Assembly (NCBI GenBank): GCA_951406725.2
Contig: OX597824.1
Span: 79,732,001 to 79,796,000, forward strand
Length of the DNA stretch: 64,000 nucleotides
DNA from: Octopus vulgaris
Taxonomy: Eukaryota
Direction of reading: 5' to 3'
A program made the position numbers and the translations under genes. Shown in pieces: positions 14,677 to 28,039 of the stretch (position 1 is the first letter of the stretch; each line of letters begins with the position of its first letter). The notes under the pieces are model-generated. The model searched no databases, was not told the DNA's origin, and saw only the letters and a program-made list of their open reading frames with translations.

Positions 14677-15601
14677 AATGAATATGGTTTACACATTGCA
14701 CACGCGTAATTAAGAATTAGAAAATTTAATACTCTTTAAAAGGTAAGATTATTCTGTGAAATGTTAACTTCAGTATGTCCCAGTAATTGCCTGTTTCATC
14801 GCTCGCTTCTCTAGACGGAAGAATAGCTCGGAAGCCTTTATTTAGAATTAGAAAACGGTATATGCGGAATGGTCTCTGTAGATTAAGTGATAATTTTAAT
14901 ATTGAGATCAAGTTTTCAGATGTTGTTATTGGTTTGGCCTGAGGGATTGCAGAGATGATGGAATAGTAAGTTATTGATTTGAATAACGAGAGATAATCGA
15001 TAAAACATATGTATATGTTCTGAAGTGTAATTCTTCACTTCTATTCGTATGATGAATATTATCACGAGGGCGTCGGTGTGCAAGTGGTTGTCTGGATATA
15101 TGTATGTGGGTATGTAGAGGCGGCAAAGAAAGGACGGGCAAAGAAAACTGACCAGATGCAGAGACATTGTGTTGAAGCGTTGTAGCTTATTGAGGTGGAT
15201 CTTGAGAAAACGTGAAGAAGTGGCCAAGCACTAATTGATAAAAGAAATGAATAAAAATAAAAAAAAGGAATAATGAAACAGAAATATAAAAAAACCAGCT
15301 GTTAAATGACAGGGTAATCAATTTGTTTTTGGTTAATTAGTATTCGAGAACGGGTGTACGGATATTGGTATAAGGTTGTGGATGCTGGGAGCAGATATGT
15401 GTTTCAGGTTGCTTGCATGGGTATGTGTGCGTGTGTATGTATATATATATATGTGTGTGTGTGTGCATTTATTGATGTGTGAGTGTGGGATGCGTGAGTA
15501 TAGGCTTAAATGATTTGCCGGAAAAGTATTTTGTCGATAGAGTTGCAAGCATCAGTGCACATGTATATGTATATACATGTATGATTATATATATATATAT
15601 A

Positions 15602-15833
15602 TATTTCTTTACTACCCACAAGGGGCTAAACACAGAGGGGACAAACAAGGACAGGCAAACGGATTAAGTCGATTATATCGACCCCAGTGCGTAACTGGTA
15701 CTTAATTTATCGACCCTGAAAGGACGAAAGACAAAGTCGACCTCGGCGGAATTTGAACTCGGAACGTAACGACAGACGAAATACGGCTTCGCATTTCGCC
15801 CGGCGTGCTAACGTTTCTGCTAGCTCGCCGCCT
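15602..15833 (-). mobile_element. SINE A long-tail, full length, within (TA)n
   Basis: Matches the A consensus along its whole length. Confidence 0.92.
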
Positions 15834-15835
15834 TG

Positions 15836-15921
<86 letters not shown>

Positions 15922-16206
15922 TATACATACACGTGCGTATATGTATGCATGTATATATTATATAAATATATGTATGTATGTATGTTTGTGTACATACGCA
16001 CATAAATACATACCTAGCACATACTTACATATGTTAAACTGAAGTTATTTTATCAACGGAATATTTGCTGTCGGTGGTATTCGATGCCGTGTCTTGAGTC
16101 AAATATATTGTACAACTCGAATCAACTGGAACTTTCGTTTCGCCCGACAGCTTATTCAGTTATTCAGCGCGAAACTTATAATCCCAGTCAATAGGTATTT
16201 TGCTAT

Positions 16207-16537
16207 ATTGTTGGTATCCTTTTGTCTCGGAAGACAATGGAGTTGCGCAACTGAGATGCCCTCTCCAGTTTTGCGCAGGCTTGGGCCTAATGTAAGAAAA
16301 TCTTGGGTAGCCCAATCGTCAGGATTCCTCTCTCGACCTTGCTGGCATAGTCCAAAGGAGTGCAGTGCATTACGTTTGGCACCAGCTTGGGTTGCAGGGG
16401 CTGCCGAAAGAGTGTCGAGTTGAACATTTAAGCACTTACGGGCTCCACTCTGGATTTCTTTGAAGGATGTCTCCCTCCGTAACCCTGGATAGGGGCCCAT
16501 ACCGGGTATTGTATGCTGGAGCCAGCTGAGCACGGGA
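16207..16537 (-). mobile_element. Non-autonomous RTE-derived element (RTE 5'UTR-like body plus RTE-like 3' tail)
   Basis: Minus strand has ccaagctggtgccaaacgt...cctttggact and ends ctccattgtcttccgagacaaaaggataccaacaa, resembling RTE-clade UTR motifs. Recognised from memory, not searched. Confidence 0.6.
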
Positions 16538-17580
16538 CTTTTGAAAATTTTCCTCAAAAATTTTTGAAAATTTTCCTCAAAAATTTTTGAAAATTTTCCT
16601 CAAAAATTTTTGAAAATTTTCCTCAAAAATTTTTGAAAATTTTCCCCCAAAATTAAAAAAGATTTTTCCGAAAAATTTTTGAAAATTTTTTTGAAAATTT
16701 TCATCAAAATTGTGGAAAGTTTTTTGAAAATTTTGATCAAAGTTTTATCAAAATTTTGATCAAAGTTTTATCAAAATTTTCATCAAAATCTAAAAATATA
16801 AAAAAAAATTTTCTTAAAAAAGTTTTTCCCAAATTTTCAGCAAAATCTTTGAAATGCTGTTCAAAATTTTCATAAAAATCGTTTCTAAATTTTCATGAAA
16901 ATCGTTGAAATATTTTTACCAAATTTTCATCAAAGTTTTTGAAAAGTTTTCCAAAATTTTAAACAAAACTTTTGAAAAGTATTTCCAAAATTTTCATTGA
17001 CACCCTTGAAATGTTTTACCAAAACTTTTCAGAAAAATCTTTGAAAGGATTTTCAAAATTTCCATCAAAATCTTAAATATTTCAAAAAATTTTCATAAAA
17101 ATCTTTGAAATGTTTTAAAAAATTTTCATCAAAATCGTTGAAAAGTTTTTCCCAAATTTCATTAAAATCTTTGAAAAGTTTTTCCATAATTTCCATCAAA
17201 GTTTTTGAAAAGTTTTTCCAAAATTTTCATCGAAATCTTTGAAAGGATTTTCCAAATTTTCATCAAAATCTTAGAAAAGATTTTCAAAATTTCCATTAAA
17301 ATCTTAAAAATTAAAAAAAATTTTCTATAAAATATTCGAAAAGTTTTTCCGAAATTGTCACAAAAAATTTTTTAAATGTTTGTCAAAACTTTCCTCCAAA
17401 TATTTTAAATGTTTTTCCAAACTTTTCAACACAATTTTTGAAAAGTTTTTCCAAAATTTTCATCAAAATCGTTGAAAAGTTTTTCCAAAATCTCCATCAA
17501 AATCTTCGAAAAGTTTTCACAAAATTTTCACCTAAATTTTTGAAAAGTTTTTCCAAAATCTTCATCGACACAATTGAAAA
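16538..17580. repeat. A/T-tract satellite (4 perfect 23-bp units decaying into ~33-bp units)
   Basis: ttgaaaattttcctcaaaaattt repeats with period 23 at the start, followed by degenerate tttgaaaagtttttccaaaattttcatcaaaatc units. Confidence 0.9.
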
Positions 17581-17581
17581 G

Positions 17582-17668
17582 TCGAATCAAAAACAGAACT
17601 CCGCGTGCTTTGTTGGCAGCATGGATGCACTGGGCCGAAGGCGAAAAGGAAGAATCCACCATTACTAG
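17582..17668 (-). mobile_element. CR1-like LINE ORF2 fragment
   Basis: A minus frame reads LVMVDSSFSPSAQCIHAANKARGVLFLIR, typical of the post-RT region of CR1/L2-group ORF2. Confidence 0.7.
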
Positions 17669-17774
17669 GGGCAGCTAGGATTCATAGGAAGATTCTTGGA
17701 ATCTACGGTTACTTGTTGTAGCCCGATGTTAGGAATTTGCTAGGTATGTATTCTGTGCAAATAAAATAATAATA

Positions 17775-18399
17775 ATGATTTCAAATTTTTGCACAAGGCC
17801 ATCAATTTCAGATGAAAGGCGAAGGATGAAAGGCAAAATCGATCTCGGCAGAATTTAAACTCAGAACATTAAGACAGACAAAATGCTGCTAAGCATTATA
17901 TCCGGCTTGGTAACGACTATGTCATCTCGCCGCCTTAATAATGATTTCAAATTTTGGCACAAGGCCAGCAATTCCGGGATAATGCGTAAGTCGATTACAT
18001 CGACCCCAGTGCTCAATGGTTATTTATTTTATCGACCCACAAAGAATGAAAGTAGACCTCGGCGGAATTTGAAATCAGAGCGTAAAGCTGGAAGAAATGC
18101 CGCTAAGCATTTTGTTCGGCGCAGCAACGAATCTACCAGCCCGCCGCCTTTCGCCGCCTTAATAATAATCCTCGTAACTATAGGCACAAGGCCTGAAATT
18201 TTTAGCGGAAGGCGACTAGTCCATTACATCAACCCTGGTTCTTCACTGGTATTTAATTTATCAACCCCGAAAGGATGAAAAGTAAAGTCGACCTCGGCGG
18301 AATTCGAACTCAGAACGTAGCGACGGACGAAATGTCGCTAAGTATTTTGCTCGGCGCGCTAAAACAATTCTGCCCACTCGCTGCAATAATAATAATAAT

Positions 18400-18457
<58 letters not shown>

Positions 18458-18658
18458 GTTTCAAATTTTGGCACAAGGCCAGCAGTTCTTGGGAGGGGGC
18501 AAATCAAGTACATCAACTCCCGTACTCAACTGGTGCTTATTTTATCGATCCCGAAAGGAATTTGGAATCCGGCGGAATTTGAAATCAGAACGTAGCGATG
18601 GACGGAATGCCGCTAAGCATTTTGTCCGGCGCGCTAACGATTCTGCCAGATCGCCGCC

Positions 18659-18660
<2 letters not shown>
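17775..18660 (-). mobile_element. Head-to-tail cluster of four SINE A short-tail copies separated by (TAA)n
   Basis: Repeated tttcaaattttggcacaaggcc...gctaagcattttg...cgccgcctt units at ~17775, 17940, 18170 and 18457. Confidence 0.85.
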
Positions 18661-18749
<89 letters not shown>

Positions 18750-18752
<3 letters not shown>

Positions 18753-19135
18753 GTACCAGGCAGTGGCTCTCATGGCTTCTGATCTTAACTGATAAAGGCA
18801 CAAGGCCTGAAATTTGCTTGTCAGTTGTTTGACCTTAACCAGTTGAGCATGTCCCTTAGTCTGACGATATGCATCGACTCCAGAAGTACTCTACCGGTAC
18901 TTTGGGGTTTGAATAATTCACCTCTGGAAACATGGGTGTTTCGTTCAACGTCCTTAAACAACCCTTATTCAGGGACCTTTGGCGGCGAGCTGGCAGAATC
19001 GTGCTGTTTATCTTGATATGAGAACACCATGTCGGGCGGTGTACCTTTATCAGACGGGTAGTCATGATGGGTATATTGGGCTTCGTATATTTTACCCCAG
19101 TGTCACTTTGATGGCATGAACTGCTCTCTCACTCA
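18750..19135 (+). mobile_element. Second family D copy in (TAA)n, mosaic with pieces of downstream sequence
   Basis: Blocks match 3795-4218 and are interleaved with blocks matching 19162-19267. Confidence 0.7.
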
Positions 19136-19149
19136 ATAATAATAATAAT

Positions 19150-19610
19150 AATCCTTTCTTCTAAAGGCACAAGGCCTGAAATTTTGGGGCCGGTGGGGCT
19201 AGTCGGTTGCATCGACTCCAGTACTCTACCGATACTTATTTTATTGGCGGTGAGCTGGGAGAATCGTTAGCACGAGTTCGGTATTTCGCCTGCCCGTTCT
19301 GAGTTCAAATTCCGCCGAGGTCGACTTTGCCTTTCATCCTTTCGGGGTCGATAAATTAAGGACCAGTTACGCACTTGGGTCGATATAATCGACTTAATCC
19401 CTTTGTTTGTCCTCTCTGTGTTTAGCCCCTTGTGGGTAATAAAGAAATAGGTACTTATTTTATTGACCCGGAAAGGATGAAAGGCAAAGTCGACTTCGGC
19501 GGAATTTGAACTCAGGATGTAATGACGGACGAAATGCCGCTAAGCATTTTTTGCCTGGCGTGCCAACAAGTCTGTCAGCTCGCCGCCTCTCACCGCCTTT
19601 CGCCGCCTTA
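19150..19610. mobile_element. SINE A (- strand) host containing a SINE A long-tail copy (+ strand, 19247-19449)
   Basis: TSD g(a/g)tacttattttattg at 19231-19246 and 19450-19465. Confidence 0.85.
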
Positions 19611-20038
19611 ATAATGCTAATAATGAAAAAACTTGAGAAATGAATTTTATCACCGAACTGGCATTTATTGAACGAGGTACAATAATAATATAATAACTTA
19701 CTAAGTCCAACGTTCGGTTTGCACAGTCATTTTTTTTTAATAGCTCCTGCTCGGAAGAGGGACTGGTGCTGGTGGAAGAGCGGGTCATCGAAAAGATCAG
19801 GTTTTAAACCACTTAAAGCAAGCATGATTGATATGATTTTTTTTTGATTTTGGCTTAAGACTTATTATATTACATTGTTATAACTCTGTTTTAGCAGGAT
19901 TAGCAGTTTAGCCATATATTGTCACTCGTCAAGATCTTATCGTGTCATGTTGGAGTTAACGATTTCGTTATTATATATTTATGCAATTTTTTTTTTCCTG
20001 CGAATTTTCATTATTATATTCAATACGTCGTTTTTCGA

Positions 20039-20119
<81 letters not shown>

Positions 20120-20224
20120 TATCATTTGTTATTTCCGAATCTGACTAACAAGTAGTGAATATTTACTTTGGCCGCCCTTCCTTTGGAAATTAATGTATAT
20201 AGACACATACTCGCGTGCACACAT

Positions 20225-20282
<58 letters not shown>

Positions 20283-20480
20283 TCTCTCTCTCTCTCTCTC
20301 CTCTCACACACACACACGCATAAACACAGATTCACACACACATTCATACACTTACTCACACAAGTATCGAATGCATGCGTACATGTGACCATACATCTAT
20401 CCAAAATGCCAAGATATATTTGCATTGGCGGATATGCGTAAATATATGTATATCTGTATGTATATATGTATATCTGTATG

Positions 20481-20514
<34 letters not shown>

Positions 20515-21537
20515 TGTATGTATGTATGTATGTATGTATGTATGTATGTATGCATGTATGTATGTATTTATCCATCTATCTATACACGCACATACACAAA
20601 CACACACACACGCATATACAGACATAATGCATATACAGATGTAAACTCATGCACACACCTACATATACATATACACACAATACATATACATATATCAGTG
20701 TATATTTGCATGCGTGTACATGTATTTATATCTGCCTATATACACGTGTGTATATCTATACATGCCTATATCCATGTATATATATATATATACACACACA
20801 TACATTCATACACGTATAAATATATGCACACATGCACACGTTCATTGACACATCCTCTTACACCATATAAATGCACGAATATATACGTATGTATGTATAT
20901 ACATACATATAAAGGGAGAACTAGAGAGAGAAATAAAGATAGATAGAAAGAGAGAGGTTGAGAGAGTGGAAGTGAAAGGCAAAATGGAGGCGGAGTGAAA
21001 TGATAGTGCGCCGTTCGCTGGAGGCACGTGACTTATTTACTTTGATTTACTTCACAGTTTTTACAAGAGCATTGCTACAGCTGACATGGCCTGTCTTCTG
21101 AAGCGTCTCAGTGTCAATTGAGAACAGAACCTCATTCATCTCGCGAGTAACGCTCGTCCGACAAATATATTTCGTTAAATCAATTCCCTGTGAAAAATGG
21201 CCACCTGACTGTCTGTTTTTACATCATACACTTAAAACGGTGTGGCAGAATCGATAGGTAGGAACACCCCCAAAATAGAAAAGAAAAGCAAGAGCACCGA
21301 AACAAAATTAAGCGCCTTGTTGTATGTTTTGCGTTCGAATCTTGAAGAGGTCAATTTTCACTTTTATTTTTACACCTGTCGATAGAATAAAACAGCATTT
21401 GGATACTGGAGGTTGATTTCATTGACTTACTTTACCCCAGTAAAATTGGAAATATTCGCCATTAAATCAAATTAATTCTCTGCAAAAATAGGTCGCTCGG
21501 CTCTTTTGCAGATTCGTTAGTGTGGAACGTACAATAT

Positions 21538-21803
<266 letters not shown>

Positions 21804-21948
21804 AAATATAGAAAAAAAAGACGTTGAAAATGCATTAGGATTCGTTTACAATTTTTATTTTAAAACTTTTGAAGATAACCAGTTTTACAAATATCTCTGA
21901 TTGCCAAAATTTGAGAAAGAAAGACGTGGAGGTATGCGGCAAATATCT

Positions 21949-21981
<33 letters not shown>

Positions 21982-22004
21982 TTTATTTTATCGCATTTTT
22001 ATTT

Positions 22005-22127
<123 letters not shown>

Positions 22128-22234
22128 GCTTCTAAGCTGAAGTGAAGACAGTTTGTTCTCTGTCTGCCTCCTTACCTTCTTGGAGATTTTATGTAAAATT
22201 ATACTAATGTGTCCATCTGCTTTAATTTAAATTC

Positions 22235-22365
22235 TGTGTCTTTATGCAACTGAGGATTGCTCTGCATTTAAATTGATGTAATGATTGCATTGTTCATTGA
22301 AATAGAGTTGGTTGAAACGATCGTACTGCATTACCTCTGGATATCTTTGTTGCTTATTTTGATTT

Positions 22366-22367
<2 letters not shown>
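22235..22367 (+). mobile_element. Penelope-like remnant with hammerhead-like motif (22245-22330)
   Basis: tgcaa-CTGAGGA-...-GAA-ACGATCGT-A-ctgca, with palindromic stem III and a GUA triplet. Confidence 0.6.
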
Positions 22368-22433
<66 letters not shown>

Positions 22434-22825
22434 AGTATGCATGTGTGTGCATGTGTATGTATGCATGTATGAAAGTATCTAACTATACACTTACCTTTTT
22501 AAAAAATGTTTGTCGATAATGCAGTGCAAATAATTTCATACTGAATTTTAGTGAATTTAGCAACTACTCAACCGTAGATCGAACAAAACCGACATAGCAG
22601 CCACATTTTTCAGACTGTATGCGAACGAGATATCAGGCAATATTTCGTTTAGGAACAAATGGCGCACAAAGGCAAAGCGTTAGTTACATAAAGTTAAGGG
22701 AGGTAATCATTTCAGGATTTGCGCATTGTGTTGCGTGCTTTGCAAATCGCTGGCAGCTTTGATATGCAAATGCCAGTGCATATCAGTGAAGAAAAATCCA
22801 TGGTTTATTCACGAAGGGTAAATGT

Positions 22826-23241
22826 ATCTTTTATCTTTTATCTTTTACTTGTTTCAGTCATTTTGACTGCGGCCATGCTGGAGCACCGCCTTTAGTCGAG
22901 CAAATCGACCCCGGGACTTATTCTTTGTAAGCCCAGTACTTATTCTATCCGTCTCTTTTGCCGAACCGCTAAGTGACGGGGACGTAAACACACCAGCATC
23001 GGTTGTCAAGCAATGCTAGGGGGACAAACACAGACACACAAACACACACACATACATATATATATATACATATATACGACAGGCTTCTTTCAGTTTCCGT
23101 CTACCAAATCCATTCACAAGGCTTTGGTCGGCCCGAGGCTATAGCAGAAGACACTTGCCCAAGATGCCACGCAGTGGGACTGAACCCAGAACCATGTGGT
23201 TGGTTAGCAAGCTACTTACCACACAGCCACTCCTGCGCCTA
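22826..23241 (-). mobile_element. SINE B, full length
   Basis: Full consensus from the (atcttt) tail to the head ccactcctgcgcct. Confidence 0.93.
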
Positions 23242-23762
23242 TGTTTATTAAAAGTGCGCTTATAAACTTATTTACAGTCTATCCACATTCTCTCAGTTTC
23301 AGTTCAGTTCAGTTACACACATTGTCAGCAAATGTACTGATATGAGAATTTTAATAAAATCGATGCTGTTAATATTTCGTTTGTCTAACTGCAATATGGG
23401 GAAAAAATTGGATGGGAATGAAAAACTGGGAAAAGGTGGTGCGGTGAATAGAGTAGGGAGGACAATACACAGAACAAGTGACGAGAGGAAGAGTGAGGCA
23501 AAATGTTCTGGACATGATTTTAAACTGCATCCGGTTGGGGCCCTGGTTGAGGAGTTCCAGGTTTTAGCCGTTATTGTTCCCAGGTCTATTCTAACCCGAA
23601 GTAGTAGAATTGGTTTGGCTCCCAGCTACGGGTTAATTAGCATATCACGGAATTGCCCCAGGAAGAACAGCCGCTTGCAAGCATCTCAACGAACTTACGG
23701 CAGATGAAGCCCGTTAGCTCTGTAGCTGCACATCTAAGAGACGGTAACTCCATACAAATATA

Positions 23763-23994
23763 AGGCGGCGAGCTGGCAGAAACGTTAGCACGCCGGGCGA
23801 AATGCGTAGCCGTATTTCATCTGCCGTTACCTTCTGAGTTCAAATTCCGCCGAGGTCGACTGTACCTTTCATCCTTTCGGTGTCGATAAATTAAGTATCA
23901 GTTACGCACTGGGGTCGATGTAATCGACTTAATCCGTTTGTCTGTCCTTGTTTGTCCACTCTATGTTTAGCCCCTTGTGGGTAGTAAAGAAATA
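23763..23994 (+). mobile_element. SINE A long-tail, full length, 14-bp TSD
   Basis: TSD ggtaactccataca at 23743-23756 and 23995-24008. Box A tggcagaaacgttag, box B gagttcaaattcc. Confidence 0.93.
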
Positions 23995-24576
23995 GGTAAC
24001 TCCATACATATCCAGCATCCTGATAACTGCTGGACTGGTAGCACTTGTTGCTCCAGACCAATACGAGTTGGAAGGACGAGAGAGTAGGTTAGGGTTAGGG
24101 TTAAGGTTTGGCTCTGTACAATCCATGTCCACTAAATTAATAGTCATCGTGAAGATTAATTACCAAAGCAATGCAACCAGCATAAACACCGTCACACTTC
24201 CTTCATAATTCCGGGGGCAATAGGGAAAGAGAAGCCAGGGACCGGAAGAAGATTTCACAGGGAGTCTTCAGCTTTGAACCTGCAACAATGGCAGTCATAG
24301 GGTGACGGCTGTTTTACTGTCTTGCTGACGCCACATTCGTCAGAACGATGAGAAAGATCACCAGTTCAAAGGATCAGAACCCGCAACAATTCCGTTAGAT
24401 GAAGCAGAGGGAAGAGACAGCACGCCTATTACTCAGAATATGGAGTGCGTTAGACAACAAGCATTTATCGGTCACCTTGATGGCTTTGTTTTAGATGACG
24501 TCTAGGATGTTAATATGTGTAGCATCAGCGCCATCTCAGAGCCTAGCAGCAATTGAAAGCTAAAAATATTTTCTCG

Positions 24577-25160
24577 CTCTGTATGAAGAAAAACCGGTAT
24601 ACCGTAAATCCTCGAGTATAGCCCGCCCTTGAGTATAATACGCAGGGAATTTTTAGGGGGCTGTACCTCTGAAAAACCTAAACCTTGTGTATAATACGTA
24701 CCCCTTCTCTAACTTGAGTCAACTCTGTATGAAGAAAAACCGGTATACCGTAAATCCTCGAGTATAGTTCGCCCCTGAGTATAATACGCAGGGGATTTTT
24801 CGGGGGCTGTACCTCTGAAAAACCTAAACCTTTTGTATAATACGTACCCCTTCTCTAACTTGAGTCAACTCTGTATGAAGAAAAACCGATATACCGTAAA
24901 TCCTCGAGTATAGTCCGCCCCTGAGTATAATACGCAGGGGATTTTTAGGGGGCTGTACCTCTGAAAAACCTAAACCTTGTGTATAATACGTACCCCTTCT
25001 CTAACTTGAGTCAACTCTGTATGAAGAAAAACCGGTATACCGTAAATCCTCGAGTATAGTCCGCCCTTGAGTATAATACGCAGGGGATTTTTAGGGGGCT
25101 GTACCTCTGAAAAACCCAAAACCTTGTGTATAATACGTACCCCTTCTCTAACTTGAGTCA
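24577..25160. repeat. Tandem array, 4 x 146 bp, containing a pogo/Tc2-like transposon end
   Basis: Units start at 24577, 24723, 24869 and 25015. Each contains taccgtaaatcctcgagtata, a TIR-like start, plus internal gagtataatacg repeats. Confidence 0.9.
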
Positions 25161-25609
25161 AGGAAGTCTATATAACGTCCTTGGTTTGTAAAAATGCAAA
25201 CGGTAACGTACTTTATTATTATTATTGTGTATAAAACATAATTCAAACGTGTAGCGTTTTTGTGCTTTTTTGTTTTCAGAAAATAAAGAAATAACAATAA
25301 TAAATCTCTAAACGAGATCTAAACAGTAACTGCACGACAATGTAAGGTATACTAGCCATCTCAATATGGCTAACCACTAAGGGTGGGTATTACTGTAGCT
25401 TGTACCCCCAGAAGAACATCGTCTCCAGCTGGCTTTAGGCATACTTTCTGTGCTCTTATGGTATTTGCAAAGGGAGGTCATCCCTCCCTCGTCAACCTGA
25501 GTGATACGCACGGACTGCAGTTTCTAGGTATTTGCCTGTCTTCAGCGTACGGCAATCACCGGTTTTCGAACGTTTAATAAATGTTATAAACAGTGGTAGT
25601 TGTTATGAT

Positions 25610-25643
<34 letters not shown>

Positions 25644-25874
25644 ATGATACTGCTGATGGCGCTGGAGGTGGTGATGGTGGCAGTGATGGTGGTGATGACA
25701 TGGTAGTGGAGATGGTTTTTAGTGGAGATGGCAGTGGTGGTGGTTGTGATGATTATTGTAATGCTGATGATGATGACGGTGATGATGATGGCCATGCTGT
25801 TGTTATGCTGTCTCTGTTGCTAATACATTCACACCTGAAACGGTAGCAAGTAATCTCATTGCCAAGAGGAAACT

Positions 25875-25990
25875 AAAGACACACGCACCCACAAACACAC
25901 ACACACGCAAAACCAAACACACGCGCAAAACCAAACACAGACAAACACACACACACACACATGCAAAACCACATACACACGCATAATCAA

Positions 25991-26021
<31 letters not shown>

Positions 26022-26342
26022 AAACCACATACACACACAAAACCACACACACACACACGCAAAACCACACACGCACGCAAAACCAAACACACACAAACAC
26101 ACACACACACACACACGCAAAACCACACACACACAGACACGCAAAACCACACACACACAGACACACAAAACCACACACGCACACGCACACACACAGACAA
26201 AACCACACACACATACACACAAAACCACGCGCACAAACAAAAACCACACACATACAAAACATACATAAAGCCACACGAGCACTCACACTCGAATATACAC
26301 ACCATCTCACTCCTACATAAGCACACATACACACACACACAC

Positions 26343-26391
<49 letters not shown>

Positions 26392-26395
26392 CCAC
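25875..26395. repeat. CA-rich minisatellite (aaaaccacacacacacacgc-like units)
   Basis: Recurrent caaaaccacac motif among CA runs. Confidence 0.9.
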
Positions 26396-26689
26396 AATCA
26401 TATCAGTTATGTAAATGACATTTATCATGATAAGGTAGCTTATCATGGAATTGCTACTGCTTCCCCTCCTGGGGCCTCGCTAGAGACATTCTGGATGTGG
26501 TGAAACAGAATTACACAAGGTGTGAACATATATCACTATGGTAGAGGAGATTCAATGTGGCAAATTGAAAATTATGATCGGAGTCTCTCACTCTGGTTCG
26601 TTTCGTTTCTGACAACGTCGTGTTTATTGTGTCACCTTCCCCATTCCGGATTTTTACACGTCTCGCAAAGTATTTCGCTGCTTTTACCA

Positions 26690-27000
26690 TTGTGGTGATG
26701 GTGGTGGGTAAGGTGGCAGTGATGGTGGTGGTGATTGCTGTGCTGGTGGTGATTGAAGTGCTGGTGGTGATGATGGTGGTGGTGACGGCGGCGGTGATAG
26801 TGGGGTGGTGGTGGTGATAATGGTGGTAGTGATGGAGGCGATGATGGTGGTGGTGATGGTGGTGTTGATGATGATGGTGGTGATAGTGGTGATAATAGTG
26901 ATGGTGGTTGTGGTGGCGGTGATGGTAGTAGTAGTAGTGGTGGTGGTGGTGGCAGTGGTGGTGGTGGTGGTGGTGTGTGTGTGTGCGCGTTGTATGCAGT
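26690..27000. repeat. Degenerate (GGT/GAT)n low-complexity tract
   Basis: Directly visible; explains the His/Pro-rich ORFs. Confidence 0.9.
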
Positions 27001-27644
27001 GTAGTCACGATGTGTTGTGTGGTTGCGTGTAATGTTGTGGTGATGTAAAGTGTGCGGTGTAATGGTTTGGCATGAAGTGTGGTGTGGTAGTGTTTGAGTA
27101 GTTTGGTAATGTGTACTGTGGGGTATGCAGTGTAGTATAGAAAAACTACCTATCATGCAACAACCAGCAGTATCTCTTAAAGGAAATTTGAACTGTCATT
27201 TTGTTGGTTGAGAGGTTTAAAATTAGTCACTAAAGAACCCCACTTGTGGAGATCTCTACTGTTTTCCTATAATCGAGAACTGAATTTTCATCCTACATCT
27301 ATCCACGTAAGTAATTACGGTTCATTAGCTGTTTGCATTATCCACTCTCTTTTACTAATATTCCCTTAAACGTTAGTTCTACAATCTTCACTGATACTCC
27401 CAGAAACTTTGCTGAAACACTTAATACAGGATTCCCAAACCAGAGCAAGCGAGACGACCTCTCACCTAGTTGCAGTCGTCAGTCGCCGATTCGGTCATTA
27501 GTCAGTAGCAGCCTTAGCAACAGTCGTCATTCAGTAATAGTTCCATCAGGCAGTAGTTAATGGCAGCTCATCACGTGATCTGAACAAGTCTTGAGTACAA
27601 GCCTTACTTATCATCCAATACCAACTCGCGTAATTGAAATCTCT

Positions 27645-27800
27645 GCGTTTACCTCCCCGTAACTTAGCGGTTCGGCAAAAAAAAGACCAATAGAATAAGT
27701 ACTAGGCTTACAAAGAATAAGTCCTGGGGTCGATCTGCTCGACTCAAGGCGGTGCTTCAGCATGGCCACAGTCAAATGACTGAAACAAGTAAAAGAGTAA
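27645..27800 (+). mobile_element. SINE B 3' half
   Basis: ccccgtaacttagcggttcggc...aaatgactgaaacaagtaaaagag. Confidence 0.88.
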
Positions 27801-28039
27801 TTAAAGGTGACCACAACAATCTTCTAAATAATTCTGGCAAAAATGTTAGGCGGAGGCAAGTTCGAAATATTGGTTGGCACAAGGCCAACAGTTTTGTGAA
27901 GGAGCTAACGACCCCATTACTTAACTAGGGCTCATTCTATCGACCCTAAAATGATGAAAGGCAAAGATGACCTTGGCGATATTCGAATTCAGAGTGTTAA
28001 GATGGATGGCAACTCCGATATATTAATTAACTATTTAAA

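Noticed and set aside
16156-16557. 133-aa minus-strand ORF
   Set aside because: It runs across a repeat-derived UTR-like element and starts in the satellite.
24084-24110. Telomere-like ggttagggttagggttaagg (similar motif at ~57750-57775)
   Set aside because: Only 2-3 imperfect units, too short to call an interstitial telomere or fusion site.
24577-25160. Possible CRISPR-like array
   Set aside because: The units are whole tandem duplicates with no unique spacers, in a eukaryotic context with no cas genes.
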